Assembly (NCBI GenBank): GCA_040755455.1
Contig: JBFMAY010000011.1
Span: 15,341-79,340, forward strand
Origin: Thermodesulfobacteriota bacterium
GTDB taxonomy: Bacteria > Desulfobacterota > Desulfobulbia > Desulfobulbales > SURF-16
DNA length: 64,000 bases
Direction: 5' to 3'
Shown in pieces: positions 37,243 to 47,020 of this stretch; positions within the stretch are counted from its first letter, which is position 1; each line of letters begins with the position of its first letter. The notes beneath the pieces are model-generated. The model saw only the letters and a program-made list of their open reading frames with translations. It ran no database searches and was not told the DNA's origin. Made by a program: the position numbers and the translations under genes.

Positions 37243-38640
37243 ATGAAAAAACCAATCACATCTCTTTTTGTTATTGCCGCGGCGATTTTTATCGTCAGTC
37301 TTGCTGGCAATGTTTTTGCCGCGGATGCCCCTGTTCCCAACAAAGGTGACACCTCCTGGATGATCGTGGCTACCGTCCTAGTTTCGCTGATGACCATTCC
37401 AGGCCTGGCCCTTTTTTATGGCGGCCTGGTGCGGACCAAGAATATGCTTTCGTTATTAATGCAGGTATTTACTGTATTTTCCCTCTGTATTGTCCTGTGG
37501 GTAATATATGGATACAGCCTGGCATTTACCGAGGGTAATGCCTTTTTCGGCGGCTTGAGTAAGATTTTCCTCAAAGGGATAACCGTTGATTCCGTGGCCG
37601 CAACCTTCAGCAAGGGTGTGGTTATCCCGGAACTCATCTATGTCTTCTTCCAGGCAACCTTTGCCGCCATCACTCCGGCCCTGATACTCGGCGCCTTTGC
37701 CGAGCGCATGAAATTCTCCGCTGTGCTGGCCTTCATTGTCCTGTGGTTCACCTTCGCCTACCTGCCGGCAGCCCACATGGTCTGGTATTGGGCCGGCCCC
37801 GACGCCTACACCGATGCTGAGGCGGGCGCCAAGGCGGCAGCCACCGCCGGCTTTCTTTTCCAGAAAGGCGCAATCGATTTTGCCGGTGGAACAGTGGTTC
37901 ATATTAATGCGGCCATTGCGGGTTTGATTGGCGCATTCATGGCAGGTAAACGTGTTGGCTATGGCAAGGAATCCATGGCGCCGCACAGTCTGACCATGAC
38001 CATGATCGGCGCCTCTCTCCTGTGGGTTGGCTGGTTCGGTTTCAACGCTGGTTCCAATCTCGAAGCAACCGGTCTCGCCGCGTTGGCTTTCGGCAATACC
38101 ATGACAGCAACAGCAGCTGCAGCGTTATCATGGCTTTTTCTGGAGTGGGGCATCAAAGGAAAACCGTCAATGCTCGGTGCGGCATCAGGCGCGGTGGCCG
38201 GCCTGGTGGCAATCACTCCTGCATGTGGTTTTGTCGGCATCGGCGGGGCGTTGGTTATTGGTTTACTGGCCGGCGCGCTCTGTCTCTGGGGTGTCAATGG
38301 ACTCAAACGCCTGCTCGGAGCTGACGATGCCCTCGATGTGTTCGGTGTCCACGGCGTCGGCGGCATACTTGGCGCACTGCTGACCGGTGTTTTTGCCAAT
38401 CCTGCCCTTGGTGGCGTTGGTGTCTATGACTATGTGGCAAACAGCGTCGCCGAGTATTCGACCAGCGCCCAGGTTATCAGTCAGCTTTGGGGTATCGGCA
38501 CAACCCTTATCTGGTCCGGTATTGTCTCGGTTATCGCTTACAAGGTGGTGGATCTGGTTATTGGCCTGAGAGTGACTGAAGAAGAGGAACGACAGGGACT
38601 TGACACTTCAAGCCACGGAGAATCAGCATATAAATATTGA
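37243..38640 (+). CDS. amtB: ammonium transporter
   Basis: 465 aa, signal peptide, about 11 TM helices. Motifs DFAGGTVVHINAA and DVFGVHGVGGILGAL. Confidence 0.95.
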   Translation: MKKPITSLFVIAAAIFIVSLAGNVFAADAPVPNKGDTSWMIVATVLVSLMTIPGLALFYGGLVRTKNMLSLLMQVFTVFSLCIVLWVIYGYSLAFTEGNAFFGGLSKIFLKGITVDSVAATFSKGVVIPELIYVFFQATFAAITPALILGAFAERMKFSAVLAFIVLWFTFAYLPAAHMVWYWAGPDAYTDAEAGAKAAATAGFLFQKGAIDFAGGTVVHINAAIAGLIGAFMAGKRVGYGKESMAPHSLTMTMIGASLLWVGWFGFNAGSNLEATGLAALAFGNTMTATAAAALSWLFLEWGIKGKPSMLGAASGAVAGLVAITPACGFVGIGGALVIGLLAGALCLWGVNGLKRLLGADDALDVFGVHGVGGILGALLTGVFANPALGGVGVYDYVANSVAEYSTSAQVISQLWGIGTTLIWSGIVSVIAYKVVDLVIGLRVTEEEERQGLDTSSHGESAYKY

Positions 38641-38903
38641 TACCCTTGAAAATGTCGTCGCCATGGCGGAGAGCAGGAGTTGCAGGACTTTATGGATTTG
38701 GCATTTTGCAAGTCCGACCGGCTCCTGCCAGAAAATTCTCGAAATAACGATAAGCTGTTACTGTTTCAGAATCTCATTTTTCATGGCAAATATTAAGTGT
38801 ATCATGAATTGCAAAACATTATAGTAAATAACCGCTTTACCCCCCCCCCGGATTGTATGCCGGGGCATTTTCAATCAATCTATTTTTCCAAGGAGAAAGA
38901 AAA

Positions 38904-39704
38904 ATGAGAAAGAGCATGTTAACACTCGGCGGCATGGCCCTGCTGGGCATTTTCTGCACCGGCATCGCGGCATCCACCGCCTGGGCCGAAGAGGAAAAAC
39001 CCACCGCGGAACTCAGCGTATCAGCTCTCAGCAAATATGTATGGCGCGGTTACGAGTTGAGCAAGGACAGCCTGGTCCTGCAGCCCTCCATGACCGTTGG
39101 CTATAAAGGCTTCGGCTTTAACCTCTGGGGCAACCTTGACACGGACCAGCATGAATTTTTCGCCACCTCCGACGCGAACTCCACGACCTGGACCGAGACG
39201 GATATGACCCTCTCCTATAACGGCTCCTGCAGCTTCGCCGATTACGGGGTCGGCTATATCTATTACGCCATGGACGGCCTGGATGACAGCCAGGAGGTAT
39301 ACGTCAGCGCCACCCTGAAGACCCTGCTGTCGCCCTCGCTGACAATTTACCGGGACTATGATTTTTACCCGGGCTGGTATATCTCGGCCGGCATTTCCCA
39401 CTCGTTTGCCATCACCGGGGAGCTATCCCTCGACCTGGGCGCCAAGATCGGCTACTACGACATAGATGACGAGGACACCGTGGCCGACCCGGATGATCCC
39501 AACGACGCATACAGCGGCTTGCATGACGGCCAGCTATCCGCCTCCATGACCTTTCCACTGGGCGAGTATTTCTCCATCACCCCGGAGATCTACTACTCAT
39601 TCCCGTTGGACAGCGATGCTGAAGATGTGATCGAAGCCGTCAGCGTCAACGGCAAGGACAGCGACTTTGTCTATGGCGGCGTCACCTTGAGCATGTCCTT
39701 CTAA
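38904..39704 (+). CDS. outer-membrane beta-barrel protein, TorF/Gcw_chp (TIGR02001)-like putative porin
   Basis: Start at MRKSMLTLGGMALLGIFCTGIAASTAWA after GGAGAAAG. It has a SKYVWRGYELS motif, alternating amphipathic strands and a terminal F. This family is recalled as frequently neighbouring amtB. Confidence 0.55.
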   Translation: MRKSMLTLGGMALLGIFCTGIAASTAWAEEEKPTAELSVSALSKYVWRGYELSKDSLVLQPSMTVGYKGFGFNLWGNLDTDQHEFFATSDANSTTWTETDMTLSYNGSCSFADYGVGYIYYAMDGLDDSQEVYVSATLKTLLSPSLTIYRDYDFYPGWYISAGISHSFAITGELSLDLGAKIGYYDIDDEDTVADPDDPNDAYSGLHDGQLSASMTFPLGEYFSITPEIYYSFPLDSDAEDVIEAVSVNGKDSDFVYGGVTLSMSF

Positions 39705-39788
39705 AAGGCTGCAAAGAAGCAAACCAACTTCCCCCGGCGCGCAGGGTCTCTTTCGCCTCTCCTGCTCTGCGCGCCTCTTTCCGGACAG

Positions 39789-40526
39789 ATGACCATGATA
39801 CAACTAGCCGTTTTCCAACATGTGTGGTGGGAAGGCCCCGGGAAATTCCTGCTCGAGGCCGCAGCCAGGGATAATGTACAACTGCACGTTATCGAGGTTT
39901 GGCATCAACCGATTCCCGACCTGTCGCCCTACGACGGCCTTGTCATCCTCGGCGGCGGCCCCAACGTCAACCAGGTGGATGACTATCCCTTCCTGCTCCG
40001 GGAAAAACAGGCCATCCGCCAATGGCTGCTGGGCGACAAGCCATGCCTGGGCATCTGCCTCGGCCACCAGCTGCTGGCCGAAGCCCTGGGCGGCCGCATC
40101 GGCCCCAACTTCTGTCACAGCATCGGCTTTATCGAGGGCCACCTGACAAGCCTTGGCCGCGCCCATCCGGTATTCAAGGGCATTGACACCCATCCGCCCC
40201 TGTTCAAATGGCACGGCCAGGCGGTCCTGCCGCCCGTACCCAGCCATTTGCAGATCCTGGCCACCTCGAAGGAATGCCAGGTTGAGGCCTTTACCGTGCA
40301 GGACAGGTCATATATTGTCGGTGTCCAGTTTGACAACCACGCCGCGGCCCCGGCAGACGTCTCCCAGTGGCTCAACAAAGACGCGGCCTGGCTTGAGTCC
40401 ATCACCGGCAAGGATATCAGCGGAAAACAGATCGCGGCCGATGCGGAAAAACAACAATGGCTGACCGGACGCCATTTTCATCAATTTTTCCGGAATTTCA
40501 TCAGGTTGATGCACAAACCCGCCTGA
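39789..40526 (+). CDS. class-I glutamine amidotransferase-like protein
   Basis: GATase1 nucleophile elbow PCLGICLGHQLLAEALGG and a downstream H/E region (VQFDNHAAA). Confidence 0.8.
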   Translation: MTMIQLAVFQHVWWEGPGKFLLEAAARDNVQLHVIEVWHQPIPDLSPYDGLVILGGGPNVNQVDDYPFLLREKQAIRQWLLGDKPCLGICLGHQLLAEALGGRIGPNFCHSIGFIEGHLTSLGRAHPVFKGIDTHPPLFKWHGQAVLPPVPSHLQILATSKECQVEAFTVQDRSYIVGVQFDNHAAAPADVSQWLNKDAAWLESITGKDISGKQIAADAEKQQWLTGRHFHQFFRNFIRLMHKPA

Positions 40527-40577
40527 GCCGGCCAAAGTTATTTTTGCATTTTATTTTCTTTGCGGTAAAGATATCTC

Positions 40578-41888
40578 ATGAGTCCGACAACCCAGAACAA
40601 CATGTTCCTCCTGCTTAACCAGAGCGGGCCCTTTGCCACCCCGGCCGGCCTGCAAACGGGCAGCAGCATTTTTTCCCGGCAGGCCCGCGCCATAGCGTCC
40701 CAGCTGGGCCGGGGAGAACTGTCGACCAAATACCGCGTGATCCGCAACCAGATCTTTGAATTTCTCAATGTCCGCTCCTTTGCCGCCATCCAGACCCTGC
40801 TCCATGACCGGAGCCGCCGTGAGGAAATCGATCACCGCGCCTATATGCTGCTGGGCAACATGTTCGGCATCGAAGGCACGGAACGGGAGATCGTCTCCCG
40901 GGTCAGCAACTACTCACGAACAGCCGACGGCGTGATCCGCTATCTCCGCGGCAAGGTGCTGGCCAATTACAGCTCCCATATCGAGATGACCAACGAAATC
41001 GATGCCCTGAGCAGTCCCGCGGAGCTGCTGCTTATCGTTTTCGACGACCGCTACCACCAGAAGGCCCGTTTTGAAGCCAAACGCAAGCTGATCCTCATGA
41101 ACCTGGCCGGCTCAATCGACCAGAGGGAAAGAGAAACGGGCATTGAGCACAAGTTCGCCCAGTTCCTCGAATTTCTCAACGATCATGTCTGGAGCAAAAA
41201 GGCCAAGATCGGCGAACTGGAAATCGTCTATCTGCTCAGCAGCCACGAAAAACAAAATTTCACCTGCGAACAGCTGCAGATCATCCACCGCCAAGAGGCG
41301 GAGCATATCACCCTGGCGCCGGGGCAGAAGCTCACCCTGCTCAAACGGCGGCGATTTACCGCCAACGGCAGGGAAATCCCCATCTATGTCTCGATCCGCA
41401 AAAAACCGCCGGAGGCCAAGGTGCTGAAGCTGCTGCGCAAGGGGGAGGAAAATCCCGCCGTGGCGGTTGATGACGAATTAGGTCTCATGGGAGTACTGGA
41501 ATCCACCCAGGACATCAAGATATTTCAGAAGCATCTGACCAGCAGCGCCATTGCGGCCAACTCCTTCATGGCGCTGGAGGACATCTCCGACTCGCTCACC
41601 GGCGTGAAACGGGCCAGCAAAAACATGGGCAGCTCCGCCAATACCGCCATGTTCAAGTTTTTTGCCCGGCTCGGCGGCATGCGGGTTGAGTTCATCGTCC
41701 ACACCTACCGGAGCTACCTCAATTATATCTATCAAAGGGATGTCTCCCACGATGAGTATGAGGTCAAACGCATATTTGACACCGGAGTGGCCGAACTGCT
41801 TTTCCCGCAGAGCATCTATCACCTGGACATGAAAAAGATCCGCGAAAAACAGCTCCGCTGGTTCCGCAGGCAGATTGAGGAATTCTGA
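40578..41888 (+). CDS. hypothetical 436-aa protein; helical N-terminal half, and a C-terminal region with a RelA/SpoT-synthetase (small alarmone synthetase)-like motif pattern
   Basis: Long ORF with no overlap conflict. C-terminal blocks: YVSIRKKPPEAKVLKLLRKG, VDDELGLMGVL, MRVEFIVHTYRSYLNYIYQRDVSHDEYEVKR. See the findings. The function is not established. Confidence 0.55.
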   Translation: MSPTTQNNMFLLLNQSGPFATPAGLQTGSSIFSRQARAIASQLGRGELSTKYRVIRNQIFEFLNVRSFAAIQTLLHDRSRREEIDHRAYMLLGNMFGIEGTEREIVSRVSNYSRTADGVIRYLRGKVLANYSSHIEMTNEIDALSSPAELLLIVFDDRYHQKARFEAKRKLILMNLAGSIDQRERETGIEHKFAQFLEFLNDHVWSKKAKIGELEIVYLLSSHEKQNFTCEQLQIIHRQEAEHITLAPGQKLTLLKRRRFTANGREIPIYVSIRKKPPEAKVLKLLRKGEENPAVAVDDELGLMGVLESTQDIKIFQKHLTSSAIAANSFMALEDISDSLTGVKRASKNMGSSANTAMFKFFARLGGMRVEFIVHTYRSYLNYIYQRDVSHDEYEVKRIFDTGVAELLFPQSIYHLDMKKIREKQLRWFRRQIEEF

Positions 41889-41889
41889 C

Positions 41890-42270
41890 ATGAAACACGC
41901 ACCGCATACCCTGCCGCCGGCCGTGATTAATCTCTTCTTTGCCATCGGGCTCATGTCCGCCCTGTCCTTCCGGGCGCTCATGGCCATCAAGGATCTGCAG
42001 CCGCAACTGTTCCGCCCGGTCTGGTATCTGGGCATCATCGGCTACATCCTCTTTTTCGGCTTCCGTTACTCCATCACCGAAAAACGCAAAAAGGCCATCA
42101 GAGAATTCAACCTGGTCGAAAAGCTGCAGAACGGCGAAGAATTGACCTCCAACGACCGCCAGGTGGTGACCTACATCCTGTCGTCCCTGCAGAAATCGCG
42201 GGAGAACCTCAATTACCTCTTCATCTTCGTCACCTCCGCCATTGCCATTTTCCTGGATCTGCTTCTCTGA
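41890..42270 (+). CDS. small 3-TM membrane protein (hypothetical)
   Basis: The ATG lies 1 nt after the upstream stop, with a GAGG SD. Helices: VINLFFAIGLMSALSF, VWYLGIIGYILFFGF, LFIFVTSAIAIFLDLLL. A charged loop lies between helices 2 and 3. Confidence 0.5.
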   Translation: MKHAPHTLPPAVINLFFAIGLMSALSFRALMAIKDLQPQLFRPVWYLGIIGYILFFGFRYSITEKRKKAIREFNLVEKLQNGEELTSNDRQVVTYILSSLQKSRENLNYLFIFVTSAIAIFLDLLL

Positions 42271-42282
42271 GAGGAGGTGAAC

Positions 42283-43389
42283 ATGAAAGGACTGATCGAC
42301 AGCACCCTGCGGGAAGGCGAGCAGGCTCCGGGTGTGTTTTTTCCCCTGGCGGCCAAGATCAAAATCGCACGCCTCCTGGCCAGGGTCGGCATCGAGGAGA
42401 TCGAGCTCGGCATTGCCACCCCCTACAACCGGGAACTGCCGGAACTGATGCGCTTGAGCCGGCGCAGGATCACCACCAGCCGCCTGGCCCTCTGGTGCCG
42501 GTGCGTTACCGCTGACATCGACTTTGCCGCCGCATTGGCCCCGGACGTTCTTTCCCTGTCGATTCCCGCCTCGGATCTGCATATCTACGAAAAACTCGGC
42601 CGCAACCGCAGCTGGATCAAAGATACTTTGGCCCAGGCCATCCGCTACAGCCTGGCAAAAGGCATCCGCGTTGTGTCCGTGGGACTGGAAGATGCCACCC
42701 GGGCCGATGAGGATTTTCTGGCGCAGCTGATGCAAACCGCGGCGCAGGCAGGGGCCGCCAGGGTGCGGCTGGCTGATACGGTGGGGATCATGAGCCCTGC
42801 GGCAATCGCCGGGCTCATCGGTCGGATTGCCAAAATCACCCCACTTGAGATCGGCATGCACGCCCATAACGATTTCGGCATGGCCACGGCCAATGGCATT
42901 GCCGCCCTTGAGGCCGGGGCCGACTGGGCGGACGCCACCGTTCTCGGTATCGGCGAACGGGCCGGCAACAGCCGCCTGGAGGAGATGGCAGGCTACCTTG
43001 CCCTGCGCGGCGACAGGCGTCCCTACCAAACCGAACATCTGCGCCTGTTATGCCAAAGCGTGGCCCATGCCGCCAAAAGACCGATTGCCGGCTCGCATCC
43101 CCTGGTGGGCGAGGCAATCTTCACCTGCGAAACCGGTCTCCACCTGCAGGGACTGACAAGAAATCCGGCAACCTATGAGCCGTATGAACCGGAAAGGGTC
43201 GGCGGGCAACGGCGGCTGCTGCTGGGCAGCAAATCAGGCAAAAGGGCCATCCAGGACCGGCTGCAGACCCTTGGCTGCCCCCTGCCGGCAGAGAGACTTG
43301 AACAGGTCCTCAACCGGGTCCGCCACCAGGCCGGCAGCAAAAGACGGCCCCTGAACGACGAGGAAATACGAGCGATTATCAGCGGATGA
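42283..43389 (+). CDS. nifV: homocitrate synthase
   Basis: HMGL-like aldolase motifs: DSTLREGEQAPGV, RLADTVG, HAHNDFGMATAN. Length about 368 aa and nif context. GAGGAGG SD. Confidence 0.85.
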   Translation: MKGLIDSTLREGEQAPGVFFPLAAKIKIARLLARVGIEEIELGIATPYNRELPELMRLSRRRITTSRLALWCRCVTADIDFAAALAPDVLSLSIPASDLHIYEKLGRNRSWIKDTLAQAIRYSLAKGIRVVSVGLEDATRADEDFLAQLMQTAAQAGAARVRLADTVGIMSPAAIAGLIGRIAKITPLEIGMHAHNDFGMATANGIAALEAGADWADATVLGIGERAGNSRLEEMAGYLALRGDRRPYQTEHLRLLCQSVAHAAKRPIAGSHPLVGEAIFTCETGLHLQGLTRNPATYEPYEPERVGGQRRLLLGSKSGKRAIQDRLQTLGCPLPAERLEQVLNRVRHQAGSKRRPLNDEEIRAIISG

Positions 43390-43489
43390 CCTGATGCCGG
43401 CCCGCGGCAAAGCCCACGGCGACAGGGCAATCACCATAAACGAAAAAGGCAAAGCAAAGGCTCTCTCTTCTTGACCTTTCTCCGTTTTA

Positions 43490-45091
43490 TTACCACTGCT
43501 CCGGCCTTGCCAGGCCGTACTTCTTGATCTTGTAGCCGATCTGCCGCTGGGTCAGGCCCAACTCCCGGGCGGCCCGGGACTGCACCCAGCCGTGCCGTCT
43601 GAGCGACGCCTCGATTTCCACCCGCTCCATGTCCTTCAGCACCCTTGCCCTGCCCGCATTGCCCGCTGCCGCGGACACCACATCCGCGACAGGGGCCTGC
43701 ACCGCAACAGCCCTCCCCTGCGGCCCGGCAAACATCTTGTCGGGCAGATCCGATATCTGCAGCCAGCCGCTGTCCGTGAGAATAACCAACCGCTCCACCA
43801 GGTTCTGTAATTCCCGGACATTACCGGGCCAGTCATAGGCCGTCAAAAAATCAAGAAACTCCTTGGTCATTTTCACATTTTTTTCATTACGCTTATTGCT
43901 TGACCGGAGGAAATGATCCAGCAGCAACGGGACATCTTCGCTTCGCTCCCGCAGGGGCGGCAGAGTAAGGGGCACCACGTTCAGCCGGTAATAGAGATCA
44001 TTGCGGAACTTGCCCTCGACCACGGCGTTCTCGAGACTGACATTGGTTGCCGCGATGATGCGCACATCCACACTCAGGGTGGTGGTGCCGCCGAGCCGCT
44101 CAAACTGGCTTTCCTGCAGCACCCGCAACAGTTTGGCCTGCAGGGCCAGCGGCAGCTCGCCGATCTCGTCAAGAAACAGAGTCCCGCCATTGGCCAGTTC
44201 AAATCGCCCGGGCTTGGCGCTCACCGCGCCGGTGAAGGCCCCTTTTTCATGGCCCAGCAGCTCGCTTTCCAGCAGGTTTTCCGGCAAGGCGGCACAGTTC
44301 ACCTTGATAAATGTTTTGTCCTTGCGAGTGCTGGCCTGATGAATGGCCCGGGCCACCAGTTCCTTGCCGGTGCCCGACTCACCCAGCAGCAGCACGGTGG
44401 CCCGGCTGGGCGCCACCTTCTCGATGCTCCAGAAAATGCCCTGCATGGGCTTGCTTTGCCCGATCATGTAATGGCGATGATAACGGCTGTGCAACTCCGC
44501 CTTCAGGCTCTTGTTCTCCTCCACCAGCACCGCCTGGTTGCGGCTGATGGCCCGGTGCAGACTGAGAAACTGGGCGATCAGGGTGGACAGCACGGAGAGA
44601 AAACGGATGTCCTCCTCAAACGAAACATCCAGGCCAAACAGCCGGTCCACGCTGAGCACGCCCACCGGCTTGCTGGACAGCATCACCGGCACGCCGATAA
44701 AGGAAATACGCTCCTTGCTGATCTTGGACCTGGCCTTTGTTCTATTGAGAAAGAGGGGCTCACTCTGGATGTCCGGCACGACAAAGGGTGAACAGGTGCG
44801 GAAAATCTGCCCGGATATTCCCTCGTTCAGACCATATACCCCGCGCTGCTCCTCCTGCACGGTCAAGCCATAGGAGGCGCGGATGGTCAACCTTTCGCCT
44901 GATTTATCGAGCAGAACCAGGGTGGCCCGCTCCATGCGCAGGATGTCATGCACGATACGCAATATTTTGCTTAACGTCGTATCCAGATGGACCGCCGAAC
45001 CGATGAGCTGGCAGATCTCGCTTAAGGCCTGCAGCTCAAGGGCTTCGATCGTCGGTTTCCTGGAAGATGGTAACATGTTTGCTCCTGTCAT
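43490..45091 (-). CDS. nifA: nif-specific sigma-54 activator NifA (GAF-AAA+-HTH)
   Basis: N-terminal GAF ([27 protein letters not shown]). AAA+ domain with [14 protein letters not shown] and [11 protein letters not shown]-terminal [25 protein letters not shown]. Divergent from nifH. Confidence 0.85.
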   Translation of the reverse strand: MTGANMLPSSRKPTIEALELQALSEICQLIGSAVHLDTTLSKILRIVHDILRMERATLVLLDKSGERLTIRASYGLTVQEEQRGVYGLNEGISGQIFRTCSPFVVPDIQSEPLFLNRTKARSKISKERISFIGVPVMLSSKPVGVLSVDRLFGLDVSFEEDIRFLSVLSTLIAQFLSLHRAISRNQAVLVEENKSLKAELHSRYHRHYMIGQSKPMQGIFWSIEKVAPSRATVLLLGESGTGKELVARAIHQASTRKDKTFIKVNCAALPENLLESELLGHEKGAFTGAVSAKPGRFELANGGTLFLDEIGELPLALQAKLLRVLQESQFERLGGTTTLSVDVRIIAATNVSLENAVVEGKFRNDLYYRLNVVPLTLPPLRERSEDVPLLLDHFLRSSNKRNEKNVKMTKEFLDFLTAYDWPGNVRELQNLVERLVILTDSGWLQISDLPDKMFAGPQGRAVAVQAPVADVVSAAAGNAGRARVLKDMERVEIEASLRRHGWVQSRAARELGLTQRQIGYKIKKYGLARPEQW

Positions 45092-45369
45092 TTTTCTCAG
45101 CCCTCTGGCTGAATTCGTCTCAATACCTGCCTGTAACAGAATGTAGCAATATATATTCCACTGCGACCAGCCACGAAACTATTCAGCTATTATGTTGAAA
45201 TCAAAAAATAAAAATCGAAAAATTAGCCAACAACATTCCCCTGGCTATCTCTAGAAAATATCGAAAATGTAAATTTTATGAATTATAATATTACTTTTTT
45301 GTTATATTATTTTTGCAACAACTCGCCCTCGGTTGCCATGCTACAAAATTGCAACAACGGTTTCCTTTT

Positions 45370-45385
45370 TGTCATCTTCCCGACA
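45370..45385 (+). promoter_or_regulatory. candidate NifA upstream activator sequence (TGT-N10-ACA)
   Basis: TGTCATCTTCCCGACA fits TGT-N10-ACA. It begins 114 bp upstream of the TGGCAC of the nifH sigma-54 promoter. Confidence 0.55.
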
Positions 45386-45483
45386 AAAGCGCGGGGCCGC
45401 ATACCCACCCCCTCTGCGCCCCCATCGCCAGCACAACCGCTTAACATCTTGATAAATAAAGAATATTTTTTATTCAACCAGAG

Positions 45484-45499
45484 TGGCACACCTCTTGCC
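45484..45499 (+). promoter_or_regulatory. sigma-54 (-24/-12) promoter of the nifH operon
   Basis: TGGCAC-ACCTC-TTGCC matches TGGCAC-N5-TTGC. It lies about 180 nt upstream of the nifH ATG. Confidence 0.75.
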
Positions 45500-45586
45500 A
45501 TTAAGGGAAACAAAACATCACAGGTCCAGCCTGCGCATCGAGCCCGTTGCCCGGCATGGCTCAGTCCGGACAGAGAAAAACCTTAG

Positions 45587-46501
<915 letters not shown>

Positions 46502-46508
46502 TGTTCCA

Positions 46509-46643
46509 ACGATCAAACGCGCAAGCGATCAAACGAGCCAAATCTTCAACCTGGAAAAGATGAACGCTTGCACGCAGGAACGCTGAAACACTGGAACGTT
46601 GGCACGCTTACACGCTTAAACGCTGGAACGCTTGATCGTTCCC
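46509..46643. repeat. 8-bp periodic micro-arrays in the nifH-nifI1 spacer
   Basis: Left array at 46509-46540: ACGATCAA ACGCGCAA GCGATCAA ACGAGCCA. Right array at 46564-46643, 10 units: ACGCTTGC ACGCAGGA ACGCTGAA ACACTGGA ACGTTGGC ACGCTTAC ACGCTTAA ACGCTGGA ACGCTTGA TCGTTCCC. The ends are mutually complementary (AACGATCAAACG / CGCTTGATCGTT). Confidence 0.8.
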
Positions 46644-46666
46644 GTACACCCTACTGGAGAAATACT

Positions 46667-47020
46667 ATGTTGACTATGATAAGAGCTATTGTCAGGCCGG
46701 AAAAAGCAGACAAAATCCTTGCCGCCCTCATGGACGCAGGCTTTCCGGCGGTGACCAAATATTCGGTGGCCGGCCGCGGCAAGCAGCGCGGCATCAGGAT
46801 CGGCGAGGTCACCTATGACGAGATTCCTAAAATGATGCTGATGAGCGTGGTTAAGCCCGAGGAAAAGGATTTCGTCATCCAGACCATCATGGATACCGCC
46901 CGCTCCGGGGTCAAGGGCGCCTTCGGCGACGGCAAAATCTTTGTCACCGACGTGGAGGAGTCCTACACCATCAGCTCCGGGGTCAGGGAAACCGGCGCGC
47001 CCGAGGAGGCCAAGGCATGA
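46667..47020 (+). CDS. nifI1: nitrogenase-associated P-II protein NifI1
   Basis: P-II fold (MIRAIVRPEKADKILAALMDAGF, GRGKQRG T-loop, GDGKIFV). Positioned between nifH and nifD. GGAGA SD. Confidence 0.9.
   Translation: MLTMIRAIVRPEKADKILAALMDAGFPAVTKYSVAGRGKQRGIRIGEVTYDEIPKMMLMSVVKPEEKDFVIQTIMDTARSGVKGAFGDGKIFVTDVEESYTISSGVRETGAPEEAKA

Noticed and set aside
46600-46615. A TGGCAC hexamer inside the repeat array as a possible internal sigma-54 promoter for nifI1.
   Set aside because: The -12 position reads CACGC. The GC dinucleotide is not at the required spacing from the GG.
46509-46643. The possibility that the tandem arrays here, at 57021-57082 and at 24021-24245 are CRISPR arrays.
   Set aside because: The units are only 8-9 bp with no spacers, the arrays are under 100 bp, and no cas genes are present in the window.
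46568-46666. An N-terminal extension of the nifI1 ORF reading MHAGTLKHWNVGTLTRLNAGTLDRS, an apparent 8-aa peptide repeat.
   Set aside because: It is simply the translation of the 8-bp DNA array (3 x 8 nt = 8 codons). P-II proteins start at MIRAIVRPEK-type sequences, and a GGAGA SD precedes the ATG at 46667.
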